The notes under the pieces are model-generated. The model saw only the letters and a program-made list of their open reading frames with translations. It ran no database searches and had not been told where the DNA came from. This document shows positions 50,516 to 62,500 of a stretch of 64,000 bases of DNA, one piece after another. The position numbers were made by a program, and so were the translations under genes. This DNA comes from Lama glama (taxonomy: Eukaryota), in assembly GCA_028534125.1 (NCBI GenBank), contig CM052816.1, forward strand, positions 93,188,001 through 93,252,000, read 5' to 3'. Position 1 is the first letter of the stretch; every line of letters starts with the position of its first letter.

Positions 50516-53500
50516 ATATGTATGTATATACATAACTGGATCACTTTGCAATACATCTGAAACTGATATTGGAAATCAACTACACTTCAGTTAAAAAAAG
50601 TTGTTTTGTATAGCATGAAGCAGCCAGTGTATTGAAACAGGTCCCAGACAAAAAGTCAGCCAACGTGAATTCTGGTCTTTTTCCTGTGTGATTGTGTGTT
50701 TGGCAAGTGACTCAGCCTCCCAGTCTGTGCAGTGGGGCTTCAAACAAAGAAATGAACAAACAAGAGAAAAGCCTCTGCTCGATTTCTGTGGCAGGGTTAC
50801 TGTGGACGGGATTGAGATAATCTACAAAAATGAATTTTGGAACCACATTGGATTATACATAACATGAAGGAGTTGGAACCAGTTTCTGTCACTTATGTAC
50901 TGTTTTTGGCAGGCCCGCAAGTACATCGTGGATGCCATGGGAGAAAACTATGCAGAAGGAGTTCTCCTGGACCTGGAGAAGACGTGGGAGGAATCTGACC
51001 CACGGACACCACTCATCTGTCTCCTGTCTATGGGCTCAGATCCTACAGATTCCATCATCGCCTTGGGAAAGAGACTTAAAATAGAAACCCGTTACGTGTC
51101 AATGGGCCAGGGCCAGGAGGTCCATGCTCGCAAGCTCTTGCAGCAAACTATGGTGAACGTAAGGCCAAATGTCTACTTTTGTGTTGTGTTGTTGATGTTG
51201 CAGGTTCTAAAAGAGCAGTGCAGAAAAGAACCTGTAAATTGTTTAAGTCAAAGTACTGCATGCTGTTTACTCAACAGGGAAAAGTATGATATTGAATAGA
51301 AAATATTCATGGAAAAATGAATGCAATTTAAAACTTTTTCTACTGATCCTTGACTTATGGAAAACGTGCCCAGTCGGAACATCTTATTTCCCAACCAGTT
51401 TGCGTAGAGCTAAAGCCCACTCCAGATCCCGAACCCTCTGGGGGGTTCACAGCTCCCTGTTTCCACCACACCCTCCGGCCCCTCCAGCACTGCTCCTGGA
51501 ATCCACAACGCTCCTGAATCCACAACACCGTGCCTTTCTTGGGTTCCAGAGTGCGTAATCTGTATCCTGGAGTCCCCTAGGCCTGGCCCGGATCCCAGAG
51601 GCCAGGAATCTTACCCTTACCCTGTGGTGGTCGCAGAGGTTTCAGGAAACCTGGCCTGTTGCCTTCCAGGTGGGGCTCCTAGAGCCCTTTGCAGCTTGCA
51701 CATTCCGCAGTGTACAGAGCATGCCGTGCTCAGGCCTGGCCGGGGGGCCACCATCACTGGAGGCCACCATCGCTGGAGGCCACCATCGCTGGAGGCCACA
51801 TGGTGACCCTGCTCCTGGGACAGTCAAGTCTAGAGCTGAGGCACTTTTAGGGATTTAAGGTAACCGAATGCAGAAGGTCCTATTTCGTCTCTAGAACTCA
51901 AGCTCCAGGACAGAACCCTCTGTGTGTACATTAATCTAGCCTTCTCTGGGGTGCCCGACTCTGCCCAGGGGGTGCCTCCATCCCTGGTCCTCTCTTCCTC
52001 CACACTTTGGCCAAGCAAGGGGTGGAAGAACCACTTGGCTTCTCATTCCTACTGGACAACATGCAGTCTTGATCCAGATGCTTCTCTGCCCTTTTTGGGG
52101 AGCAGACCCTGCCCCTCCTTCCCTGAGTCTGAGCTCCCCTCCCAATATCTCAAAACTCCTCTGTGCCCTCCAGGGAATGCCTCCCACTGAGGATAGGACT
52201 GGCTGTCTCCCTGCAACCCCCAGACACTAGGCTCACCATGAAACCACTGGGTTTGAGGGCGCAGCTGCTGAATCTAGGACGTTACTGCATCTGGTCCCTC
52301 CCCCTGGGGTAGAACTGAGCCCACTGGGTTCTAGAACCTCCGTATTTACTTTGAGGCTCTTCCATCCTCAAGTTGTGCCCTGCCCCCAGCTTTGATGAAA
52401 GGGAGGGGCCTCTCACGTGTGCTGTGCTGTGTCTGATGCACTTGGTTTGCAGTTAGGAGGGGGAGGGCAGAAAGCGTGTGATTTAAATATGTTTAGAGAT
52501 GAAAAAATTCCACCATATTTAAGAATCCCAGGTCTGGTCCAGCATGAGGGTTTGGTGGGCCTCCATTCTGGCTCCTTCCTCCATCCCTCCCTCTTCACAG
52601 TACTGTACTTAGAACAAAAACACTCACACGCACAGGGCACTTACTTAACTTGAGTTTAAAATAAATAATGGTGTGACTAATAATTATATTTTCAGCAACT
52701 AAGTTAGAATTTAAATGGGATAATTTTTGACCTTCAGTTGATCCATGTTTTGTAGTTAAATTTCAAGTAAAATTGAAACAGATCTTTGTTTTTATTATCA
52801 GCATGCTTATAACTTGTCAGAGATGATAGTGGTTTTAAAAAGTTTTATGAGAAACGTTCAAGGCGCTAAGACAGAATGGACCAGCTATCCAAGAATAGCA
52901 AAATGGATAATCTGCTCAGTAAAAATGCAAAACATTTAACACAGAAAGTGGTGACAACAAAGAAACAGCCTTGGCTAAGGGATCCCGTGGGTGAAGATGC
53001 ACGCCTCAAAGATCTCCCTTAAAGAAGCTTTAATCAGGAGTCACCTGTGTGCTGGGTGACAGCGAGCATCTGAAGCCTCTTTGTGGTTATGTGTCACATT
53101 TAATTTCTCCTTTTTTTGAATGGTGGACAGTGTCAATTAAATGTTTGTGGGACAAAAAAATAGTTATTCCTTCAGCAGTGCTATATACTTCTAAGAAAAG
53201 GTAAGGGAATATGTGAAATTCCAAAATCATGTTTTATTTGCTACTCTACTAGGATTTTAGATCTGGTGCTTAGTTCGTTTCTTGGAAAGAAAACTATCTC
53301 AGGTTCCACTAATTCAATCTAAATAATTTGAAGTTACAGAGTCAAGAAAACAACTCAGTTATGATCGGATATTGTAGATGATTTTAGCAAAAATATTCTA
53401 TAGACTAGATACTGAGCTAATTATTGTTGCATGACCTAAATTGTTGCCTGTGTAGCTTTACCCAAGGAATCTTCTTATCCTCATAGGATGATTGACACAA

Positions 53501-56500
53501 GGGATATGGCTTACTATTTTCTAAGCCTCTTGTTCTTAGAGTGGTCAGTTTCCCCAGAGAAGGTTCTTTCGCCTTCCAGAGTGTATACGCCCCACTGCCT
53601 GGGTTCTGGGAACTCTGAGAAGGGAGGGAATAGGTCTCAAAATTCAATAGGTAAACTTTCTTTCACCTGTTTTCAGTGAAGTTCTTGTACTCTTAGCTGC
53701 CTGCTGTCCTCTACTTGGAACCCTGTCTGTTTTGCCTTCTGAAGAAAATCAGCTTTCCATCTTTCATTAGGGGAGCCCATCAGGGGTCTGGACTCTCAAT
53801 CTCCTTGTGTTAGTCCATCATCTTCTCCCATTCTTGGGTGTGTGGGGAGTTACTTGGTGTAAATCAGGCTACGTCTCTGCTCTCCCCGAATGCCAGTTTA
53901 GGGTTCAGCTTTCTTGAGTCTGTTTTAAATGTTACTGAAATTGTCTTCACCCTCATTATCTTTGTCCTTCATGGAATTTGGGGAAGGAGCTGAGCTAAAA
54001 CGGATGCTTTAAGTCAACCACCTCTCTTGAAAGTGCTGTTATCTTTATTTTTCACTCTGGGGACTTTCATGAATCTTAGCATATATCATTACTGCAATTG
54101 CAGGACGCGTACCTGGAATAAAACAGAAATGTTGCATATCTCTGTCAGACATTATTTTATCCTTAGATTTAACCCTGATTAATTTAAAGTGGTTCATGTG
54201 CTTTTCTATTAAATTTTAACTACTTGACTTCTAAAGAACGTACTAATTTGCATCTCTGGGTGAAACACAAGAATAGCCTAATTTCCACTTCCCGTTGTTG
54301 ACCTAGGGAGGATGGGCACTTCTGCAGAACTGCCACCTGGGACTGGATTTCATGGATGAGCTGATGGACATAATTGTGGAAACGGAGACTGTACATGATG
54401 CTTTCCGCCTCTGGATGACCACCGAGGTTCATAAGCAGTTTCCCATCACGCTCCTCCAGATGTCCATTAAGTTTGCCAATGAGCCTCCGCAGGGCCTCCG
54501 GGCAGGACTGAAAAGAACGTACGGTGGTGAGTCGAAGTATACTTCTGAGCTTATGGGCGTTCTTGTGCTTAAATTGTTTCCTTAAAGATATTATGGAAAA
54601 GGAGTTAGCTAAGATCTAGTTGTAGCGAGTGGTACTGTTATTTGAAGTGATGGAGGGGGGACAGCCCTCTGTCACGCTCCACGTGGAGTACCTCCGGCAG
54701 CAGGAGGGCACCAGAGCTCAGGACCCCACCTTGTATTTTTCCTGTTTGTTTTTCCCCCGCTCCCCATTGCTCTGCTTTGGCCTATGCTGTTCTCCACTAG
54801 ACCCCTGCCTTTTTACATGACCATCTAAAACTGATAATTCTGTTGTTGATGGTCTTCATGCTCCATACTCAAAGTCGGACAGCAGCCCCTTCCAAGAGGA
54901 GAGGCTGAATGGAAGTTGCGGCCTGCCTTCATTTCATGAAGCCATGAGTCGGGATGTCAGAATGTTAGCTAAGTTAGAAACCAGACACTAGCAGCAAAAC
55001 CAGACCAAATGCCCCTTGTGTCTCAGCGGGACTCGAGTTATTCCCTTTACATTTGCTCCCTCTGTTTCGCAGCTTCCTGTCTGACACTCACAGTCATGGA
55101 AAGAGTGTGGACCTCGGGGTCAGAAATCCTGATTCTGGTCCTATCTGAACAAATGCTTTGTTTTCTCGGGTGTGAGTCACTCAAACGAATGAGTTTCAGC
55201 TTTCTCGTATCTAAAATAGGGATAATGAAAACTATCCAGGACAGTTGGAATAAATTTTAATTAAAATAGTATATTTAATAATAATAATGATCAATGTAAT
55301 AACTATTACATGTCAATCTGAAAAATCAACAAAGAAACTTTTTCTTGGAGTTGTTAACAACGCTCAAACTTTTGCCAGTAAAATAGATGTGGAAGGATGA
55401 TGTCAGTAAAAAAAGATGGCAAATGAAAGAATTTATAATTTTATATATGCAATATAATATATACATATATAATAATCATAAATAATATTTGGGGAATATA
55501 CTCAGATTGCAGCGGGCGTCTTTATATTTTATTATTATTGTTTTTACTTTTTTAAATTAAAGTACCGTCACTGTACAATATTATATGTTACAGGTGTATG
55601 ATATAGTGATTGACAATGTTTAAAGGTTACACTCCATTTATAGTTATTATAAAATACTGGCTGTATTCCCCATGTTGTACAATACATCCTTGTAGCTTAT
55701 TTTATGTCTAATAGTTTGTACTTCTTAATAGCAACGGGCTTCTACATACACTATTTTAATTAATATTAAATTGTTAATAGAGTTTATTGGAGCCATTGTA
55801 ACCTGTGTACATGGCCCCCGATAGTAATAACAACAACAATAAGCATTATTATTATTAGTAGTAGTAATAGTCATAGTACTTATTTTACTGCCATGATTCT
55901 TCCACTTCTATTTTATCTCCATATTATTTTGGTAGGTTGACAGGAACTTGGTCCATGTTAGCAATCCCCCACTCCCCTCAAGTCTCTTTGCATATGTTTC
56001 CGAGGGAAATGCCCTCTGGATACCCAAAAGTGAAATCATAATTGTCATATGAATATGATCAAAATAATTCAAGCTCAGTGAAGTTTCATATCAAGAATTT
56101 ACAAAAATAACTAATAACTTATAAAAGTAGTAGAAAATAAAGATGTTGGAGAGATGATACAGTTTTTCACCCAACGGACCCCCACAGGCGTGAGCCAAGA
56201 CCTGCTGGATGTGAGCGCCGTGGCCCAGTGGAAGCCCCTGCTGTACGCCGTGGCTTTCCTCCACTCCACGGTCCAGGAGCGGCGCAAGTTCGGCCCCCTG
56301 GGCTGGAACATCCCCTATGAATTTAACCAAGCCGACTTTAACGCCACGGTGCAGTTCATCCAAAACCACCTAGATGACATGGATCTCAAAAAGGTACTGT
56401 GTGCACACTGCTTCATGCCACTGGTGACTGTGGGCTTGGGTCCTCGAGCTAAGACTGCCCAGCCTTGGGGTAAATCCTGTAAGAATGATGATTTTCTGTG

Positions 56501-59500
56501 CTTGCAAAGTCATTCTTTTTAAGTCATAGCAACATGGGTCACACTAACCTCTTGATTTCAGGGGGGAAAATGGACAAGTTTTGATTATCTTTTTACTTCT
56601 CAAAGGCAAGTTGACATTATGTATATAGACAACCTGCCGGGATCTGTTGGAGGGAGGAGGGAGTGGGTAAGGAAACTTGTTTCTTAAAGACCTGAACACT
56701 GAAAGTCAGAGTCTAGATCACTTTTGAAGGGTGTAATATTTAAAGAATGGCCCCCAAATTTAAAAAGAAACATTTTTTTCTGCTGAAATTAAAATATGAT
56801 AACGTGTAAATGCACCAAGAGAATCTATTTCAAATCATAATCGTGAGCACTGAGTGACCTCTCATGTTTGCCTATTTAATTTTCTTTCTGCACTTTTCAC
56901 ATTACTGAGGAATGACTGAATGAATGAAGAGTTAATGACATTGATGACAAAGAGCATATGGATGTTACGTGGTGGGGCAAATGGGGATGAGACAGCGGTC
57001 AGTTTTGCACAATTATTCTACAAATTTCCTCAGGGTGTCTCCTGGACCACTGTCCGCTACATGATAGGAGAGATCCAGTATGGAGGCAGAGTCACTGATG
57101 ACTACGACAAGAGATTGCTGAACACACTTGCTAAGGTTTGGTTCAGTGAAAGTATGTTTGGAGCAGATTTCAATTTTTACCAAGGATATAATATTCCAAA
57201 ATGCAGCACGGTGGACAACTATCTTCACTATATCCAGGTTTGTCATCTTCAGAACTTTATGCACAGGGCAAATGTCTACGGCCAGTTGACTTCTTTGATA
57301 TTTATTTATACTACATGTATTTCTTTAAGCATACATTTTAATAGTGATACATACTGGACGTGGAAGGTCTCAAGCACCACAGTTTCTTTCTTCATGTTTA
57401 TATTCATTTTATAATTAAAATATTTATGTTTGTTCTCAGTGTGTGTTTTGCGTGAGTTCCCTCCTTCCCTTCTCTTTTAATGCCTCGATGAGGAATATCC
57501 TTTGGGGAGATGACAGATTGAGCAGATTTGGAACCAGGGAACCTACACAAGTCCCCTGGGGTGCTCTCCCTGTGAGACTTCAGCTACCTGAGGTTGCAAA
57601 GACAGCCTCTAGACTCAACTCTCTACCCATTTCTCTTATCCCGCAACATCCGTTCCTTAATCTTAGCCTAATGAAGAGCATCTGAGTATGTCTGGGAACA
57701 CACTCTGTATAAGAGCTTCCTGTAAGATTGAATGTCTCAGCCTCGGCACCGTTGACATTCAGAGCTGGGTACCTCCTCGCAGTGGGGGCTGTCCTGTGTA
57801 GATCGGTCAGCAGAATCCCCGGCCTCTACCTACTAGGTGTCAGTAACACTCCCTACCTGGTTGTGACAACCTAAGACACCTCCAGACATCGCCAAATGTC
57901 CTTGGTGGGGGGCAAAATCACCTCCGACTGAGAAGCACTCCTCTAAGAAGGAATAAGATTTTGACAAGAAATTTGAGAAAATATCTGATTTGTGCTCCAA
58001 GGTAACTACATTTTCTGTCTCTATACCTTGAATTCATTAGATCACTATCTAGTGATCTCTTATGCCCCTAAGATTTATCTCAGGTGAACAAACTAAAACA
58101 CAAGAGCCCCAGAGAGCTAAATTTATCAGTACATTTAGAGGTTTCTGTGATATATGAGTGTAATGAGTTTATCACATATTACCACCCCTACACTTTTATT
58201 AATTCAAATCTACAAATATATTTGTCTTAACCATACTAGATGCGTCTCTAAATCATTAGCTCTGAATAGGAGAAGTGCCTTTGAAGGTATAAATTTAGAT
58301 CTGCCTGTACATATATTTGTTTTTATACTCCTCATTTCACAATGAATTTTAGGTAACTCATAAGAAGGCATTATGTAAAAAGGAATAAAATCATGCACTA
58401 GAAGGGAGGGAAAACATGAATAAAGTTAGGGATACAATTCACACACAGAAATAAATGTATGTCAAATTGTAGGAAAAAGTTTCTTCAAGTAGCTGAGGGA
58501 CTGTTTACCTGCTAGCTGTGTTTCTCCTTGTCTCCTGCTGTCTGTTTTTCTAACTCTGTTGCTCTTTCAATAGTTCCTGCTTTTCCTAGTCTCTGTCTTT
58601 CTCCTTGGGAGAATCCATTTCTTACCTCTGGTCTGTTTTGGGCCATCATTGCTAAAACTGTCATTTTTAGTAACCATTAGTTATACACCATTTATTTAAA
58701 AAATTGGTTTGAATTAGATGAGACCTTCAGAAAGCAAAATACCAGTCTATAGTTCCCTTCCCATCTCACAAACATGTTATAAAACAAGATCGTGTCTCTG
58801 ATTAAATTTGCTTGAGGGGCAGACGTTAAAGAGGTGTGAGTCTATGTGTTAATTTTCTTCTTGGCAACTTCTGATGCTTTCCCGTAGAGATTATTGATTG
58901 TGGCCTGCCACAAATAAGGCGTGTCATGTAAATGCTTGTCCTAATACAAGCATGTTGATTTCCTAAGACAGCGTCACGGAACTGGTGCTTGGGTCAGCAG
59001 TCTGTGCTTACCTGGGGTATTTGTTGTTCAGAGTTTGCCCACTTACGACAGTCCCGAGGTGTTTGGACTGCACCCCAACGCTGACATCACCTACCAGAGC
59101 AAGCTGGCCAAGGATGTGCTGGACACCATCCTGGGCATCCAGCCCAAGGACAGCTCTGGTGGCGGGGACGAGACCAGGGAGGCGGTGGTGGCCCGGCTGG
59201 CTGATGATATGCTAGAAAAGCTGCCCCCCGGCTATGGTCCATTTGAAGTGAGTTGACGTCATCCTGACAAAACGTTGCTGTGGCTGTCTGGTTGGCGGGG
59301 GCGGGGGCGGGGGCGGGGGGGGGGCGGTACTGGGAATGAAGGGAGGAGGGCAAAGAATAATTTTTCTGAAATTTAAAAAGTCCTTCAAAAACCTCACTTC
59401 CTGAAGAACCAGAAAAAGACATTTTTGAATCTGAAAGTGTAATCATTTCAAGATACAAACAATAAAGAAACCTGATGAGAATGTTAATTTCATAACTAAA

Positions 59501-62500
59501 TTGCAAGTGTGTGCTGACGGGTTAGGACTCCTTTTTTAGAACCTTCCCTTGAGGTACTTCAGATTATCATCTGTTCGAAGGAAAATAATGTACTCTTAGA
59601 GTAAAGCGAGGAGTGTTTAAAAAGTGTTTTGCAATTTAATGCGCACCCTAAAATTCAGGCCTTCTTAATTTCATGGAGTCTGTAGTTATATCATTAACTC
59701 TGCAGCTTCCGCATCTCACGGCTTTTGAGAACGGATTTGTCTTTTTACTATGCAAGTAACTTCTAAGCAAAACTGTTAATTATGAAAGTTAATTTTTGAG
59801 ACATTTTAGCAAATACTGTGAAAAGATTTACCCTGATAACATGTTTAAATCTTTGATAAAAGCAAAAGTAAGTGGCTTACTTAAGAAATGACCTGGACGG
59901 AGTGAAAGACATTTTTTGTCACAGAGCAATCGTTTTTTAAATATTGCCCTTTCTAGCTGGTTTTCAAAAGAAAACCTCTAGCATTTTGTTTCTTCAGCAT
60001 CCTGTTATTTTCCATGAAACAGGTCATTTTGGCTGCTGGTACTGTAGACTGAACTCAAGGGAATAATTTCCCCTGGAAGAAACTCTGATCACTTGCTTGG
60101 AGAAAATCAATACTGCTATCAGCCTTCATGAGCCCGTTCATTACAGTATCAGAAAAGCAGTCATTCATGTCTAACAGGGGTCGAAATATTTTTAAAGCAA
60201 TAAAAATGCCAAGATATACTGATAATTACCTAAATAAACATGGTAAGTATGGGGTTTAGAAGAGTCTCCTTCCTCTTGATGAATTTCCTTAGGATAAAGC
60301 AACTCAGTCTGGCATCATATCTGACCCACCAAAGACTCTAATATATCCTTATGAGATGGAGATGAATGGGTGGATGGATGGATGGATAAATCCTTTGATG
60401 GAAAAGACAGAAAGCTTTAAAACAGAAGTCTAGTTTTGTTTTTTTTTTGAGACAGATAACATGATGGTTGTGTATGGGCACACACGTCTGTGTGTGCCCA
60501 TGTCCGTGTGTTCGTGTGTGTTCGTGTGTGTCCGTGTGGTATGTGTTTGCGGGTCTTAGATTGGCAGTAAGTGAATATTTCCCAGGCAGTGCAGTTGCCG
60601 TTTGGAAGGTTGTGTGGTTGTGACCATGCCTTTTAGATTTTTCTGTGAATTAATGGCTGCCTGTTCTCTCCCACCTGGGATGAAAAATCAGCTGGTCATC
60701 TAATAGACGTTTCTTTTTAAAATTTCTTCTTGGTTTCCTGGCAGTGAAAAAAAAAAGTTTCCTATATATGGAATTATAAAATTGTGGGCCCTTTCAGAAG
60801 CTCCAGGGCACTAGTTACATATATATTAGTAGCCGTCTAATTTTTTATGTGCTGGATGTCCGTTTCCATGGCAGGTAAAAGAGAGGCTGCAGAAGATGGG
60901 GCCTTTCCAGCCGATGAACATTTTCCTCAGACAGGAGATAGACAGAATGCAACGGGTACTCATCCTTGTCCGAAGCACCCTGACTGAACTGAAACTTGCC
61001 ATTGACGGCACCATCATTATGAGTGAAAATTTACGAGATGCACTGAATTGCATGTTTGACGCCAGAATTCCTGCTGGGTGGAAAAAAGTATGTTTAAGCT
61101 GCTCCGTGTTGTGCCTAATCACTTTATTGTTGTGCACAGTTGTAATTGGCAAGTGGAAAGCCTGTAAGGATAATGTACTTAAGAGCGTTCTTTTGCTTAG
61201 GGGCTAATCCCCTCCAGCTCTGTATTTTTAGATTGTATGTAGGGAAGGAAATTACTTAGCATCTCTCATATCTCAGGCGCTCTGCTAGGCAATTTACATG
61301 CATTATTTCATTTAAATCTTGCAATTTAGTACTCTCATTTTGCAGGTGAGGAAGTTGAGTTTGGGAGAAGTTAAATCTTTTCCCCAGATCACGATCACAC
61401 ACCTAAGAAGTCAAACAATCAGAATTGTAGCCCAAGCTCACGGACTTAAAGCTTATGATGTTAGTGGTATAGAAGGGACTATTCCTACACACACACATAT
61501 ATCAAAAGTCATACCATAGAGGAACATTTTTCCTTACTCTGTCTGTAAATATGTGAGTGTGTATCTCTCAACACAATAATAACTTGATAGCATGCTTACT
61601 GATTATGTGTTGGTAATTGTGCTAAATGACAGGTGCGGCATTAGGACATAATTTTCTAGTTGGAAAAGAAAAACGAGTACCTGAGTGTCTTTGCAGAGGA
61701 GCTTCCTGATCACGGCACTGAGGATGCTGAGTGTCCAGTGGAAAGACTTGGGAGGGTGGGAGGGCTCAGATTTATCCGTGGATGGCAGCATATAGAGATG
61801 AGATTGGGTCCTGGGGTGGCTGGAATCTTCTGGAAGTTACTCAGGTAGATGGGAAGGAGAGACAGGATGGGGTTAGAACTGATAGTCTCTCAGAAGAGAC
61901 TCCCTTAGTGCTGAGATTCTGATGCCTCCCCCAGAGCTCCAGCAGATTCCATGGCAGCGGGTCCTGACGGCAGTTATAGTAACTGGGGAATGCTCTCCCA
62001 CTGTCTTCTCCAAATTATTTGACACACCACCGCCCATCCCTCTAGTCACACAGCTTAGAAACTCAGAATCAGCTTTGACCAGACCCCTTTCTCTTCTCAC
62101 CTTCAGAAAATTTATTGCCAAAGCCAGAAGGAACCTACCTGGTCACTGGCTATTGCAGGTTCACTCCGCAGTCAACCAGCTCACCCAGCGTGGTCAGCAC
62201 CTGGAGACCTTGGAACAGGGGTCCTTGCCAGGAGACATCCTCTCATGAATGCTTCCCTGTGCCCTCAGATCAAATGTATAAACATCTCTTTCAGTTAACA
62301 TGTCTCTGAAGTTATGATAGAATGAGTTGTCTCATTTTTAAATTAAGATCTTTTTATTACAGGTTTTTATTCTACTCAATTTATTATCAGTCTTTGGGAA
62401 TTTCAGTGTCTCTTGAAAGAGAGTTCTTTAGATACCTGAAATTCAAGTGGTTTAATCTATCCAGATTGATCCCTACTTTTATTCACACGTAAAATATTGC

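Noticed and set aside
49670..51799. CRISPR-like arrays at the 26-bp and 16-bp repeats
   Set aside because: Head-to-tail repeats without spacers, in a mammalian intron.
51745..51803. Kozak-like GCCACCAT or CTCF motifs in the 16-bp repeat
   Set aside because: Reads GCCACCATC rather than ATG, and the CTCF match has several core mismatches.
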